Source of the DNA: Polyangiales bacterium
GTDB lineage: Bacteria > Myxococcota_A > Polyangia > Polyangiales > Ga0077539
Direction of reading: 5' to 3'
DNA length: 64,000 nucleotides
NCBI GenBank assembly: GCA_044229975.1
Contig: JBGARZ010000006.1
Location: 347,525-411,524 of the forward strand
The position numbers and the translations under genes were made by a program. The notes beneath the pieces were generated by a model that was given only the letters and a program-made list of their open reading frames with translations, was not told the origin of the DNA and ran no database searches. Shown piece after piece: positions 34,576 to 45,066 of this stretch. How positions within the stretch are numbered: position 1 is the first letter of the stretch; each line of letters starts with the position of its first letter.

Positions 34576-36375
34576 ATGGTCCTGGCCGCGCTAGGTGCCT
34601 GCCAGCGAGCGCAGCCCACGCCCGTCCTACCGCCGCCCACGCCCATCGACGTCCCACCGTCTCCGACCGTTCAGCCCCCCGCACCCCCTCCCGCCCCAAC
34701 GCCCGCGACCACCACCAACCCATGGTCGCGCGCCTACAACAACGACCCCCTCAGCGCCGACGCACTTCGCGCCCTGATGGCCGAGGCCACTCAGCCCGAC
34801 AGCGAGGCCGCCGCCCTCGCCCTCGGACGGCACATTCCCATCGACACCCTGCAAGCCACTGTCGGAATCCTCCCGCTCGGCAACCAGGACGCCTTCCTTC
34901 GCGGGTTCACTCGCCGCTCCGTCGGCGCGACACCCATTCCCGCACCATGGGGTCTCCGTTGGAATCAGGACCCGCCCTCAGCAGCGCTCGCAACCCTGCT
35001 GGGCGAGAGCACCAGCCGCCTCGACCCGGCCATCGCAGCGCGTCTGCACTCGCTGCTCCTCGATGGCGACCTCGATCACCAGGTCGCTGGAGCCCGCGCT
35101 CTACGAAACACCAGCGTTCCACTGCCGCCCGTGACGAGTCTCACAGCGATGCACCCGGCCGCCCTCGCGCTAGCGCTCCACGCCCTTCACCAACGCGGCG
35201 ACACCACCGTCGGCCACTGGACCGCTCTCATCACGACGCTCAGCGCCCGTGTCGCACCCAACCCCCGCAGTTGGGCCAATCCGTGGATCACCTTGATGAC
35301 CGAGGTTCCCGATGGTGACCCCACGGTGCGGGCGGCTCTCCTGGCTGCCGAACCTGTTGTCACCCAGGTGGAGTTTGCGCCTGCGGGAGCGCTCGCCTGG
35401 TACCGCTGTGCCGTCGCCCTCAAGTACGACCTCCTCGACCTGGGCCACCGCACCGAGACCTGCGCGACCGGACCAGAACAGTGGCGATCGCTCGCAACCC
35501 TCGCCGCGCGGGCCCGTCCCCCGATGACCCCGACTCTGGTCGCGCAGACCCTCACCACGCTCATCGCACAAGGTCAGAGCGACCCTCGCGTGCTCGAACC
35601 CATCGCAGACGCCACGCTCGCGCTGCCAGGCTCGTACGCTCGACCACTCCTTCAACGCCTCGCCGATAGCCACGACCCGGGGGTGTTGGCGCAACTCCTC
35701 GAAGGGCTCGTCACCCACCTCGACCACGCCCGACTGCTCCGCCCGCCCGCCCTCGAGCGACTCCTTCAGGCGCCCTTTGACCTCCCCGAAGCCTCCGCCT
35801 TCGAAGCCCGCCTCCAGGCCATCGCTCTTCGCCGCGCCCTCGGACTTCCCGCACCCGCCACCCCTGGAACCGCACGCGCCATCCAACTCGCCGTCGCCCC
35901 CGACGCCGCTGTCGATCCACTGTCGACCAGCACCACACCCTCTCGCCCCGCCGAGACCTGGGTCATCGAGACCACCGCAGGAACCATCCGAGTGGCTCTT
36001 CGTAGCGACACCGCCCCCGAAGCCGTCGCCCTCCTCCTCGAAACCACTCGCGCCGGAACCTATCGCCAGACCACCTTCCACCGGGTCGTACCCGGATTCG
36101 TCGCGCAGGGCGGTGACCCTCGCGGCGACGGCTACGGCGGCGCCTCTCGCATCGTCCCCACCGAGCTCTCGGGCGGACGCTTCGAGCGCGGCGCCGTCGG
36201 CATCGCCCTCGCGGGCCTCGACACCGGCGGAACCCAGTTCTTCATCACGCTGACCGACTCACCCCACCTCGATGCGCGCTACCCCTACGTGGGTCGCGTC
36301 GTGTCGGGTATGGACGTCGCCGATCGCCTCCTCATCGGAGACCAGATCATCAACGCCAGCGTCGTTGCCCCATAG
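34576..36375 (+). CDS. lipoprotein with helical-repeat N-region and C-terminal cyclophilin-type peptidyl-prolyl isomerase
   Basis: MVLAALGAC lipobox (start uncertain). The C-terminal 170 aa (FHRVVPGFVAQGGDP.GDGYGG...GTQFFITL) are cyclophilin motifs. Confidence 0.78.
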   Translation: MVLAALGACQRAQPTPVLPPPTPIDVPPSPTVQPPAPPPAPTPATTTNPWSRAYNNDPLSADALRALMAEATQPDSEAAALALGRHIPIDTLQATVGILPLGNQDAFLRGFTRRSVGATPIPAPWGLRWNQDPPSAALATLLGESTSRLDPAIAARLHSLLLDGDLDHQVAGARALRNTSVPLPPVTSLTAMHPAALALALHALHQRGDTTVGHWTALITTLSARVAPNPRSWANPWITLMTEVPDGDPTVRAALLAAEPVVTQVEFAPAGALAWYRCAVALKYDLLDLGHRTETCATGPEQWRSLATLAARARPPMTPTLVAQTLTTLIAQGQSDPRVLEPIADATLALPGSYARPLLQRLADSHDPGVLAQLLEGLVTHLDHARLLRPPALERLLQAPFDLPEASAFEARLQAIALRRALGLPAPATPGTARAIQLAVAPDAAVDPLSTSTTPSRPAETWVIETTAGTIRVALRSDTAPEAVALLLETTRAGTYRQTTFHRVVPGFVAQGGDPRGDGYGGASRIVPTELSGGRFERGAVGIALAGLDTGGTQFFITLTDSPHLDARYPYVGRVVSGMDVADRLLIGDQIINASVVAP

Positions 36376-36384
36376 CGAACGCGG

Positions 36385-37332
36385 TCAAAAGCGCAGGTCG
36401 TCTCGCGACGCCGCCGGCTGAACCGACTCAAGCACCTTCATCGCCTCTTCCGTCTCAGGGGTCTCGGGAAGCGCCACCACCTCGATGTGAACCATCAGGT
36501 CACTCGCCTCACGCCGAGATGTCCCCGGAATGCCCTTACCCCGCAGTCGAAGCTTCGCCCCGTGTGCCGTGTGCGGAGGAACCCTCAGCGTCACCTCACC
36601 GCCCGGAGTCGGGATGGTCACCTTCGTACCGCGCCACGCCTCGACCAACGCCACGGGCAAGCGCACGTGAAGATCATCGTCCTCGATCCAGAACCACGGG
36701 TGCGCGTCGACCTTCACTTCCAACACCAGGTCACCGGGCTTGCCACCCGGTGCCGGCATTCCCTTGCCCGCGATCCTCAGCCGAGTGCCAGCCTTGGCCC
36801 CGGGCGGGATACGCACCCGAACACTCTCTCCCTGGACCTTGAGCGACAGCTCACCACCACGCACCGCCAACGGCAGGTCGATGGTGACCTCGCTCTCCAG
36901 GTCACGCCCGCGCGGCGGGCCTCGTCGACCCGACGGTCCAAAGGGAGAACCCCGACCGCCACCCGAGAACATCTGTCCAAAGAGGTCGGACATGTCGGGC
37001 CCACCGGCGCCCCCGCCGAAGATGTCCTCAAAGCCACCCGCGCCCGGACCGCCACCACCACCACCCGCCGACTGCCATTGGCGATAGGCGTCTGCGTTGA
37101 AGCCCTCACGCAATCCCATCTCACCGAAGTCGTCGTAGAGCTTTCGCTTCTTCGGGTCGCTCAACACCTCGTTGGCGTGATTGACCGCCTTGAACGACTC
37201 CTCCGCCTTCTTGTCGCCTGGGTTGCGATCGGGGTGGTACTTCAACGCCAACGCCCGAAACGCCTTCTTGATCGTCTCGGCGTCCGCCCCCCGGGGGATT
37301 CCCAACACTGCATACAGGTCTTGTTCCGCCAT
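36385..37332 (-). CDS. J-domain co-chaperone (DnaJ class II/CbpA-like, no zinc finger)
   Basis: [33 protein letters not shown] carries the HPD motif. A G-rich linker and C-terminal DnaJ substrate-binding repeats follow. No CxxCxGxG motif. Confidence 0.85.
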   Translation of the reverse strand: MAEQDLYAVLGIPRGADAETIKKAFRALALKYHPDRNPGDKKAEESFKAVNHANEVLSDPKKRKLYDDFGEMGLREGFNADAYRQWQSAGGGGGGPGAGGFEDIFGGGAGGPDMSDLFGQMFSGGGRGSPFGPSGRRGPPRGRDLESEVTIDLPLAVRGGELSLKVQGESVRVRIPPGAKAGTRLRIAGKGMPAPGGKPGDLVLEVKVDAHPWFWIEDDDLHVRLPVALVEAWRGTKVTIPTPGGEVTLRVPPHTAHGAKLRLRGKGIPGTSRREASDLMVHIEVVALPETPETEEAMKVLESVQPAASRDDLRF

Positions 37333-37455
37333 GTTCGCCGCCCGAAGCTAAGGCGCGACCGTTCACCCGGCAATCACGACCCTCCATCCCGGCGCACATT
37401 GCGACCCCCGACGAGCGCGTAGTAACTACCGCGACGCCCGCCGCGCAAAACACGC

Positions 37456-38220
37456 ATGAACACCATCGAACTCCACAACCTCCCGCTCCGCATCGCCATC
37501 ACCATGGATGGCAACGGCCGCTGGGCTGAGCTCCGTGGCAAACCCCGCATCGTCGGCCACCGCGCCGGGAGCCACACCGTCCGCCGCATCGTCCGCGCCT
37601 GTCGCCGACTCGGCGTCCAGGAACTCACCCTCTACGCCTTCTCCGAACAGAACTGGGGTCGTCCCACCGGCGAGGTCGACGGCCTCATGACCCTCCTCGA
37701 AGAGTATCTCCTCGGCGAACGCGACGAGATCCTCCAGAACCGCATCCGCCTCCGAGGCATCGGCAACCTCGACCGCCTCCCACCCCACGTCCGCGACTCC
37801 CTGGAGTTCATCTCCAACGCCTCGCGCGATCACCAGGGAATGACCCTCTCCCTCGCGCTCTCCTATGGTGGCCGCGAAGAGATCGTCGACGCCGCCCGCT
37901 CCCTCGCCCAACAGGTCGCGGCCGGAGCGCTACGCCCCGACGACATCACTGAAGACCGCCTCGCGGCGCTGCTCCCCTCCATGGCCCACGGTGCGCCCGA
38001 CCTGATGATTCGGACGGGTGGCGAGCTTCGCGTCTCAAACTTCCTTCTCTGGGGAGCGGCCTACAGCGAGCTCTTCTTTTCCGATATCCTGTGGCCCGAC
38101 TTCCAGGTCGATCACCTCTATCAAGCCATCGCGGCGTACCAACGCCGACAGCGACGGTTTGGGCTGGTCTCCACCACCAACACCCTCGGGCCATGTCCAA
38201 CCTTGTTGTCCGGTTCCTGA
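37456..38220 (+). CDS. uppS: isoprenyl transferase (undecaprenyl-diphosphate synthase)
   Basis: Motifs IAITMDGNGRWA, LTLYAFSEQNW, RTGGELRVSNFLLW. Confidence 0.92.
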   Translation: MNTIELHNLPLRIAITMDGNGRWAELRGKPRIVGHRAGSHTVRRIVRACRRLGVQELTLYAFSEQNWGRPTGEVDGLMTLLEEYLLGERDEILQNRIRLRGIGNLDRLPPHVRDSLEFISNASRDHQGMTLSLALSYGGREEIVDAARSLAQQVAAGALRPDDITEDRLAALLPSMAHGAPDLMIRTGGELRVSNFLLWGAAYSELFFSDILWPDFQVDHLYQAIAAYQRRQRRFGLVSTTNTLGPCPTLLSGS

Positions 38221-39047
38221 CCGCCGTCGTCGGCATCCCCGTCATCCTCGGCATCCTCTACGTCGGCCCTCCCGTCGGCTGGTTTGGCCTCTGCGCCGTC
38301 GCCATGCTCATCGCCGCCTGGGAGTTTCTCGCCATGACCCACCCCGACGACCCGCCCGGTCGCTGGATCGGCATGGCCCTCACCCTCGCCACCTTCTGCC
38401 TCTTCGTCTCCACCCGCTTCGGCGCCATCCACGGAACCACCCTCGGTCTCGGCATGGCCGCCCTCGCTCCCATCACCCTCCTCGCGGCCCTCGCCCGCCC
38501 AGCCCACATCCCCACGGCTCTTCCGCGCGGTTCTGGTCTCGTGATGGCGCCGCTCTACCTCGGGGTCCCCATGGCGGCCCTCGCCCTCGTCCACACCTAC
38601 GGGACACGCTTCCAGGGCGGCAGCCTCTGCCTCCTCGCCATGATGTTCTCGTGGATGAGCGACACCGCCGGGTACTTCGCGGGCAAAGGCATCGGCGGCC
38701 CCAAGCTCTACGCCGCCGTCTCTCCCAACAAGACCTGGAGTGGTGCCATCGGCGGACTCGGTGGCTCCATCCTCGGGAGCGTCATCGCGCACTTCACCTT
38801 CCTGCCCGCCCTCTCGCTCGGACAAGGCATCGCCCTCGCCGCGGTCGCCGGCGCTCTTGGTCAGGTGGGTGATCTGTGTGAGTCGATCTTGAAGCGCAGC
38901 GCCGGGGTGAAGGACTCCGGGGCCCTGCTCCCGGGCCACGGCGGAATCCTCGACCGCATCGATGCGCTGTTGTTCTGTGGGCTGACGATGTTCGCCGCCC
39001 TCCAGTCAGGCTGGTTGGAAGGCTTCGTTCAGCGCGGGCGCTTGTAG
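38193..39047 (+). CDS. cdsA: phosphatidate cytidylyltransferase
   Basis: Polytopic. SDTAGYFAGKGIGGPKL and PGHGGILDRID signatures. Follows uppS as in many bacteria. Confidence 0.88.
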   Translation: MSNLVVRFLTAVVGIPVILGILYVGPPVGWFGLCAVAMLIAAWEFLAMTHPDDPPGRWIGMALTLATFCLFVSTRFGAIHGTTLGLGMAALAPITLLAALARPAHIPTALPRGSGLVMAPLYLGVPMAALALVHTYGTRFQGGSLCLLAMMFSWMSDTAGYFAGKGIGGPKLYAAVSPNKTWSGAIGGLGGSILGSVIAHFTFLPALSLGQGIALAAVAGALGQVGDLCESILKRSAGVKDSGALLPGHGGILDRIDALLFCGLTMFAALQSGWLEGFVQRGRL

Positions 39048-40141
39048 AAGACCTTCTTCGCGACCACCGCGTTGCCGATGCGACCGCGCTCCGGGTCGCG
39101 CAGCCGCAACGCCGTCCCGACAGCGGTGAGAGCAGTCGGGACGTAGGCGAGACCGATGTTCTTGCCGACCGTGGGGCCGGGCGAACCGCTGGCCACATAG
39201 CCGACCTTCTTGTCGGACTCGTCGATCACTTCCCAGTGATCACGGGCGATGGCCTTGTCGGTCATCTCGAAGCCGATGAGCTTGCGAGAGAGACCCGCGG
39301 CCTTCGCCGCCACGAGAGCGGCCTTGCCCACGAAGTCGGCCTTGTCGAGCTGAACCACCCACGAGAGGTCGGCCTCCAGGGGGTTGGTCGTCTCGTCGAT
39401 GTCATTGCCGTAGAGCGCCATGCCGCACTCCAGGCGAAGCGTGTTGCGCGCGCCGAGACCCGTCGGACGCAGCCCCGCCTCCTCGCCCGCTCCCAGCAGC
39501 GAGCGCCAGAGGCGCGCTGCCTCGTTGGGCGGACAGAAGATCTCCACCCCGTCCTCACCCGTGTACCCGGTGCGAGACACCGTGCACGGAACGTTGAACA
39601 CCGGGACATCGCCGAAGTGGTAGGCGGGCAGCTCGTGGGCGCGACCGTCGCTCACCCCCGCCCGCAGGATCTCCATCGCGCGCGGACCCTGGAGCGCGAT
39701 GAGGGCCGTGTCGTCCGAGATGTCCCGAACGTCGTGCGTCGCCTTCAGCCGCTCGGTGAAGTGACCGACGATCTTCTCGCGGTTGGACGCATTGCACACG
39801 ATCAGCACGTTGTCGGCTGACACCCGGTAGATGATGAGGTCGTCGAGGATGGTCCCTTCCTCGTTGCAGCAGACCGTGTAGCGGGCCTGGGCGTCGAGCA
39901 TGCCCTGCACCTCGCGGGTGATCAGGCCATCCACCGCGCGAATCGCGTTGGGGCCGGTGATGACCAGCTCGCCCATGTGCGACACGTCGAAGAGGCCGGC
40001 CGCGCGCCGCACCGTGTGGTGCTCGTCGACCAGCCCCGTGTACTGAACCGGCATCGAATACCCCGTAAACGGGATCATCCGGGCCTTCGCCTTGATGTGC
40101 TCTTCGTAGATGGGCGTGCGCTTCAACTCGGTGGTTTCCAT
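39029..40141 (-). CDS. gcvT: glycine cleavage system aminomethyltransferase T
   Basis: Start at METTELKRTPIYEEH. Motifs GLFDVSHMGEL and ARNTLRLE. 370 aa. The track ORF upstream of this start is shadow. Confidence 0.9.
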   Translation of the reverse strand: METTELKRTPIYEEHIKAKARMIPFTGYSMPVQYTGLVDEHHTVRRAAGLFDVSHMGELVITGPNAIRAVDGLITREVQGMLDAQARYTVCCNEEGTILDDLIIYRVSADNVLIVCNASNREKIVGHFTERLKATHDVRDISDDTALIALQGPRAMEILRAGVSDGRAHELPAYHFGDVPVFNVPCTVSRTGYTGEDGVEIFCPPNEAARLWRSLLGAGEEAGLRPTGLGARNTLRLECGMALYGNDIDETTNPLEADLSWVVQLDKADFVGKAALVAAKAAGLSRKLIGFEMTDKAIARDHWEVIDESDKKVGYVASGSPGPTVGKNIGLAYVPTALTAVGTALRLRDPERGRIGNAVVAKKVFYKRPR

Positions 40142-40207
40142 GACGGCCGCGGACCGTATCAGACAACCACCGATGGTTGTATCGTCGGGCGCCCCCACGT
40201 GCGCTCG

Positions 40208-41269
40208 CCCGCCCTCTACCTCGGTGCGCTCCTCGCCCTCGGCTGCTCGTCCGCCGAGATGGCCTCCATTGAGGACATCCATGACAGCGGCGCGCCCACC
40301 TTCGACCTCGCCGCTCCTCCCGACCTCGGAGACGACGACACCCCCGCCGTCGACGCCGGAAGCCCGGCCCCGCTCGATGTACCCGCCCTCCCCGAAGCGG
40401 GAACCGTGCAACGTGGGCCCTTCCCCATCGTCCTTGTCCATGGCTTCGCCGGCTTTCAGAGCGTCGGGCCGCTGACCTACTACTTCCGTGTCGCCGAAGA
40501 CCTGCGCCGTCGCGGTGAGACCGTCTCCGAACCCGAGCTCCCGCCCTTCGCCCCTCCCTCCACCCGCGCGCCCGTGCTCGCGGCCGCCATCAACCGCGCC
40601 CTCGCCGAGAGCGGTCAGCCCAAGGTCGTGCTCATCGCCCACTCCCAGGGGGGACTCGACGCGCGCTACCTCATCTCCACCCTTGGCTACGCCAACCGCG
40701 TCGCCGCCCTCGTCACCGTCTCCACCCCCCACCGCGGAACCCGCCTCGGTGACGCCTTCGCGGGTCTCATCCCCGGTGTGAGCGACGGACTCCTCGACGC
40801 CGTCGCTACCGGCCTGGGCGCCGTCTACAACGGTGCCCCCGGCCGCGCCGCCATCCGCTCGACCCTCGTCGCCCTCTCCGAGCGCGAAGCCACCCGTTTC
40901 AACGAACAAAACCCCGATGACCCGCGCGTCAGGTACTACTCCGTCGCGGGGCGCTCCAACCGACGCGACGGACGCGCGGTGTGCGGTGACGCCCTGGTCG
41001 CCAACGACCCTTCCATGGTCGATATCCCCAATCCGCTCATCGCTGTGCTCATGCCCTTCCTCGAAGGAAACGACCCGACCAACCTCGTCAACGATGGCCT
41101 CGTGACCGTGCGAAGCGCCCGCTGGGGGAGGTTCATCGGGTGCGTTCCTGCGGATCACTTCGATGAGGTCGGGCAGATCGCCCACCAGGGAGCCGATCGC
41201 TTCTCGGGCTTCGACCACGTCGTGCTCTATCGCGACCTCGTCCGACGCCTCCGCGATGACGGGTTCTGA
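40208..41269 (+). CDS. secreted alpha/beta-hydrolase lipase (lipoprotein)
   Basis: GTG start gives VRSPALYLGALLALGCSS. PIVLVHGFAGF and the nucleophile elbow AHSQGG. Family I lipase-like. Confidence 0.75.
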   Translation, partial: PALYLGALLALGCSSAEMASIEDIHDSGAPTFDLAAPPDLGDDDTPAVDAGSPAPLDVPALPEAGTVQRGPFPIVLVHGFAGFQSVGPLTYYFRVAEDLRRRGETVSEPELPPFAPPSTRAPVLAAAINRALAESGQPKVVLIAHSQGGLDARYLISTLGYANRVAALVTVSTPHRGTRLGDAFAGLIPGVSDGLLDAVATGLGAVYNGAPGRAAIRSTLVALSEREATRFNEQNPDDPRVRYYSVAGRSNRRDGRAVCGDALVANDPSMVDIPNPLIAVLMPFLEGNDPTNLVNDGLVTVRSARWGRFIGCVPADHFDEVGQIAHQGADRFSGFDHVVLYRDLVRRLRDDGF

Positions 41270-41273
41270 TGCC

Positions 41274-42110
41274 ATGGAGACGACTGACGACAGCACCGCG
41301 CTCGTCATCGCCGGCAGCGACTCGTCCGGGTGCGCTGGACTCCAGGCCGACCTGCGCGCCCTCGATGCGCTGGGCGTTCATGGCTTGAGCGTCGTCACGC
41401 TCGTCACCGCGCGGGGAAAGCGCGGCATGAAGAAGGTCGACCCGCTGCGGAGTGAGCTCGTCCGCGCGCAGCTCGCCGCCGCCACCGAGACGGGTTTACC
41501 CAATGCGGTAAAGGTCGGCGCGCTGGGCAACGCCGCCGTCGTCGAGATCGTCGCCGATGCCCTCCGGCAGATGGGAGCCGTCCCCGTGGTGCTCGACCCC
41601 GTCATCACTCCGGTGCAAGGGAGGGTGTTGCTCGATGAGTCGGGCTTCGCGGCGCTGCTGCGGGAGCTGGTTCCGCTGGCGGGGCTGTTGGTGCCCAACC
41701 GTGAAGAGGCGGGGCGGCTCGTCGGGAAGACCGTCTCCACGCAACGACAGGCGCGCTCGGCCTGCCAGGCGCTCGTGGGAATGGGCGCGCAGGCCGTGCT
41801 GCTCAAGGGCGGACACTTCGACGACAATGATTGTATCGATCTGCTTTATGATGGCAGCGACTTCGTAGAGCTGCGCGTTGCACGAAGAGCCCTCCCCCCG
41901 ATGCTGGGACTCGGGTGTGCGCTGTCGTCGCTGGTCACCGGCGCGCTCGCGCTCGGGAGCCCGCTCGTCGATGCGGTGGTGCGTGCCCACGCCATCGTGC
42001 AACGGGCCGTCGAGCATCCGCGCAAGCTCGCCGATGGGGTGTCGCGGCTGAGCGATCTGCGCGCGGCCGTCGCCGCGGTGGACGGTCAGGGAGCCGACGC
42101 GTCGGGCTGA
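41274..42110 (+). CDS. thiD: hydroxymethylpyrimidine/phosphomethylpyrimidine kinase-like (ribokinase fold)
   Basis: ALVIAGSDSSGCAGLQADLRAL...VKVGAL...VLDPV...PNREEA...VLLKGGH is ThiD/PdxK-like. An alternative ATG lies about 21 nt upstream. Confidence 0.65.
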   Translation: METTDDSTALVIAGSDSSGCAGLQADLRALDALGVHGLSVVTLVTARGKRGMKKVDPLRSELVRAQLAAATETGLPNAVKVGALGNAAVVEIVADALRQMGAVPVVLDPVITPVQGRVLLDESGFAALLRELVPLAGLLVPNREEAGRLVGKTVSTQRQARSACQALVGMGAQAVLLKGGHFDDNDCIDLLYDGSDFVELRVARRALPPMLGLGCALSSLVTGALALGSPLVDAVVRAHAIVQRAVEHPRKLADGVSRLSDLRAAVAAVDGQGADASG

Positions 42111-42556
42111 GGAGAGCGGCCGCCGCCCGCGCGGATGGCCTCCACCGTGGGAAACACCAGGTCGATGCGCCAACGGCCGCCCTCGCGGACGAGAGGGACG
42201 TCCGCCACGCCGCCGCCCGTTCCACGGACGGTGACCACCGCGCGCTGGTCGGTGATGCGAGAGGCCATCGCCGACGGGTCGAAGTCGAGGCGCAGTCGAA
42301 CGCGGCCAGGGGCGATCATTTCCCAGGGCTGGAGTTCCCACCCGGAGAGCTGGGAGGCCTGCTGGGCGCGCTCGGTGAGGGCGTCCTGCGCGCGCTGCGA
42401 GAGCAGGTCGTACATGCGATGGCGGGCCGTGTTGTCCGTGCGCGCGGACTGCACCGCGCGGGCAAAGGCCTCAACCGTGGACTCAGGGGTCTCGCCGGGC
42501 GCGCGACTGCACGCCGAGACGATGAGCGCGAGGGCGAGGAGACGCCGCACGCTCAT
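42086..42556 (-). CDS. small lipoprotein, function unknown
   Basis: MSVRRLLALALIVSAC lipobox. 156 aa. ATGA overlap with the upstream gene. Confidence 0.55.
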   Translation of the reverse strand: MSVRRLLALALIVSACSRAPGETPESTVEAFARAVQSARTDNTARHRMYDLLSQRAQDALTERAQQASQLSGWELQPWEMIAPGRVRLRLDFDPSAMASRITDQRAVVTVRGTGGGVADVPLVREGGRWRIDLVFPTVEAIRAGGGRSPQPDASAP

Positions 42557-43158
42557 CGCGCTCGAACGAGGCCCGCGTTGACCGTGGCGCGAAACACCAG
42601 GCCCGCCAGGATCTCGATGGCGCTGTCGTCGCGGCCCGTACCCTGGGCGAACCAGGGCTTCGCCGCGATGTAGCGGGTGGCGAGGCGGAGCGACCAGAGC
42701 GTGGTGGTTCCGACGTAGAGGGGGAGGTCGGCGCCGCCGCCCAGCACGAAGCCGAAGCCGCTGGCGTCGGAGGAGCCGGGGCGCAGCCACGCCGCGCCGA
42801 GCTCGATGCCGATGGAGTCGACGAAGAGGTCGAGCCAGCGTGAGCCGCGCTCGTAGTCGTAGGACCAGCGCGCGAAGAAGGCCGGGCGGAAGTCCACCGC
42901 GGCGAACAGCAAGTCGTAGCGGGCGCCCGTGAACGCGCGGTCGTAGCCGACGACGGCGCCCACCATGTCGAGCGATCGCGCTCGCACCGCGACGGAGCCA
43001 GCGCCCGACCAGGCGCCGGTGTCGGCGGCGCCGCCGAGCACCTCGACGGAGAGCGAGAGGTCGCCGCGCAGACGACCGTAGACGCCGTCCGCGGTCTGCG
43101 CGGACGCCGAGGAGGACGCGGTCAGGAATACAAGGGCAGGTAAGAGGGCGGGGCGCAT
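42553..43158 (-). CDS. secreted beta-barrel-like protein, function unknown
   Basis: Signal MRPALLPALVFLTASSSASAQ. Alternating beta-strand pattern. 201 aa. Confidence 0.5.
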   Translation of the reverse strand: MRPALLPALVFLTASSSASAQTADGVYGRLRGDLSLSVEVLGGAADTGAWSGAGSVAVRARSLDMVGAVVGYDRAFTGARYDLLFAAVDFRPAFFARWSYDYERGSRWLDLFVDSIGIELGAAWLRPGSSDASGFGFVLGGGADLPLYVGTTTLWSLRLATRYIAAKPWFAQGTGRDDSAIEILAGLVFRATVNAGLVRAR

Positions 43159-43313
43159 CGGAGAGAGGATGGGGACGGCGCGGACCGTATCACAGGGGCC
43201 GAGTGTGCCGTATCCGCACGGGGCTGACGGGGGAGTCGCGTCGCAAACGGCACGGTATTTCCCGATGAAACGCGAAGGAGCGCGTGGCCTGCTTCGTGCG
43301 ATGGGCGCCTCGC

Positions 43314-44981
43314 ATGAGACAACTGATCTTGTCGGCAGCGGGGCTGCTGGTGGCCTCGTGGGCGATCGCGGCCTGTGGGAGCGACTCGGCCACGGCGCCA
43401 AACAGCCCGGGTGGGCCGTGGTTGAACACCGACGCGGGGAGCACGGCGACGGACATCGGGTCGAGGCCGCAGCCGGCCGTGGACGCGGGGCTGCCGCCGG
43501 AGGTGGAGGAGCGGCGGGCCTTCGAGACGCCGCAGGCGGGCGCGCGCTTCGTGTACGTGGCCAACCCGAGGCGGGACAACGTCGCGGTCATCGACTCGCA
43601 GACGCTCGCCATCACGTCGATCGAGGCGGGGGATGGGCCGACGTATCTGGCGACGGTTCCGGGGAGGGACGAGGCGCTGGTCATCAACGTCAACGCGTCG
43701 ACGGCGACCCTGCTGCGCACGACGACCGCGGGAACGACCACGGTGCAGATGCCCGTGGTCGGAGGCGCCAACGCCATCGCCATCGCGCCGGGCGGGCATT
43801 ACGCGGTGGTGTATCTCGACACCACGCAGCCCAACAGCGGGGTACCGGCGGGGAGCTTTCAGGAGATCGCCGTGCTGCGGCTCGACGCCGGCATGGAGCG
43901 GGGGTTGCTGCTCTCGGTGGGCTTCAGGCCCGTCGACGTGACCTTCAGCGCGGACGGCGAGACGGGCTTCGTCATCACCGAAGACGGAGTGTCCATCCTG
44001 CGATTTGCGTCGCTCACGGGGCCGGCGCTGGTGCCGACGGTGTCGTTCTATGACGACAGCATCGTCGCGCCGACGGACGGGGGCGTGGCGGATGGCGGAG
44101 TCGTGGGGATTCCGAGGGACGCGCGCGCCGAGGACGTGTCGGTCACGCGTGATGGTCGGTATGCGATCGCGCGCTTCGCGGCGAGCTCGCTGGTGCGGGT
44201 GGTGGATCTCGTCGCGCGAACGGTGCAGACGGTGGACCTCGGCTCGCAGGTGACCGACCTCGACGTGTCGCCCGATGGGACCTTCGCGCTCGCGGCGCTG
44301 AGGGATCAGTCGCGGGTGTTGCGAGTGCCCATCCCAGCGGGGTTTGCGGATGCTTCGGCGCGGCGGGCGATCGATCTGCCGGGCGAGGTGGTGGGGTCGA
44401 TCACGCTGACGCCCGATGGGACGCGGGCGCTGGTGTACAGCACGGCGGCGATGACCGAGCGCGCGACGCTGCTCGACCTCGCGGGGGGAGCGGCGCCGTC
44501 GGTGCTGCGGCTGCGGAAGACCGTGCGCGCGGTGGCGTTTGCGCCCGATGGGCGGTCGGCGCTTATCGTTCATGGGAGGACGGAGGGCGACCCGATGGCG
44601 GCGGGGCTGGACCTCGAAGCGCAGATCGATCGCTCGTACGGGTATTCGTTGTTGGATGTGGGCGAGCGCTTCATCCGACTTCAGTTGACATCGGCGGAGG
44701 TGGGGCCGTTTGCGCTGGTTCCGGGTGGGACGCACGCGTTCGTGCTGCTGCGGGACGATGCGCGGGGTGTGTCGAAGGTGCAGCGCATCACGCTGGGGAG
44801 CTTCACCGTGCAAGACCTCGCATTGGGTTCACCGCCGCGCTCGGTGGGGGCGGTGCCGACGACGGAGCGGGCCTTCATCGGGCAAGAGCACCCGGAGGGG
44901 CGCATCACCTTCATCGACTGGAACACCGGGGCCCAGCAGTCGATCACGGGCTTTGAGCTCAACAGCAGGATCGTGGAGTGA
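43314..44981 (+). CDS. beta-propeller (YVTN-like) lipoprotein
   Basis: MRQLILSAAGLLVASWAIAAC lipobox. Repeated motifs of the type ...DG..A.V.......V.V(ID/DL).. Confidence 0.7.
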   Translation: MRQLILSAAGLLVASWAIAACGSDSATAPNSPGGPWLNTDAGSTATDIGSRPQPAVDAGLPPEVEERRAFETPQAGARFVYVANPRRDNVAVIDSQTLAITSIEAGDGPTYLATVPGRDEALVINVNASTATLLRTTTAGTTTVQMPVVGGANAIAIAPGGHYAVVYLDTTQPNSGVPAGSFQEIAVLRLDAGMERGLLLSVGFRPVDVTFSADGETGFVITEDGVSILRFASLTGPALVPTVSFYDDSIVAPTDGGVADGGVVGIPRDARAEDVSVTRDGRYAIARFAASSLVRVVDLVARTVQTVDLGSQVTDLDVSPDGTFALAALRDQSRVLRVPIPAGFADASARRAIDLPGEVVGSITLTPDGTRALVYSTAAMTERATLLDLAGGAAPSVLRLRKTVRAVAFAPDGRSALIVHGRTEGDPMAAGLDLEAQIDRSYGYSLLDVGERFIRLQLTSAEVGPFALVPGGTHAFVLLRDDARGVSKVQRITLGSFTVQDLALGSPPRSVGAVPTTERAFIGQEHPEGRITFIDWNTGAQQSITGFELNSRIVE

Positions 44982-45066
44982 GCACCGTCATGAAGACTCT
45001 CAATACAGTACGGATTCCGGCGTCCTCACGGCCGCCGGTTCCTCGAAGCGGGCGGGACGGGCGGGG

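Noticed and set aside
40142-40207. A glycine riboswitch upstream of gcvT
   Set aside because: The divergent spacer is only 66 nt, too short for even a single glycine aptamer, and no conserved aptamer core is visible.
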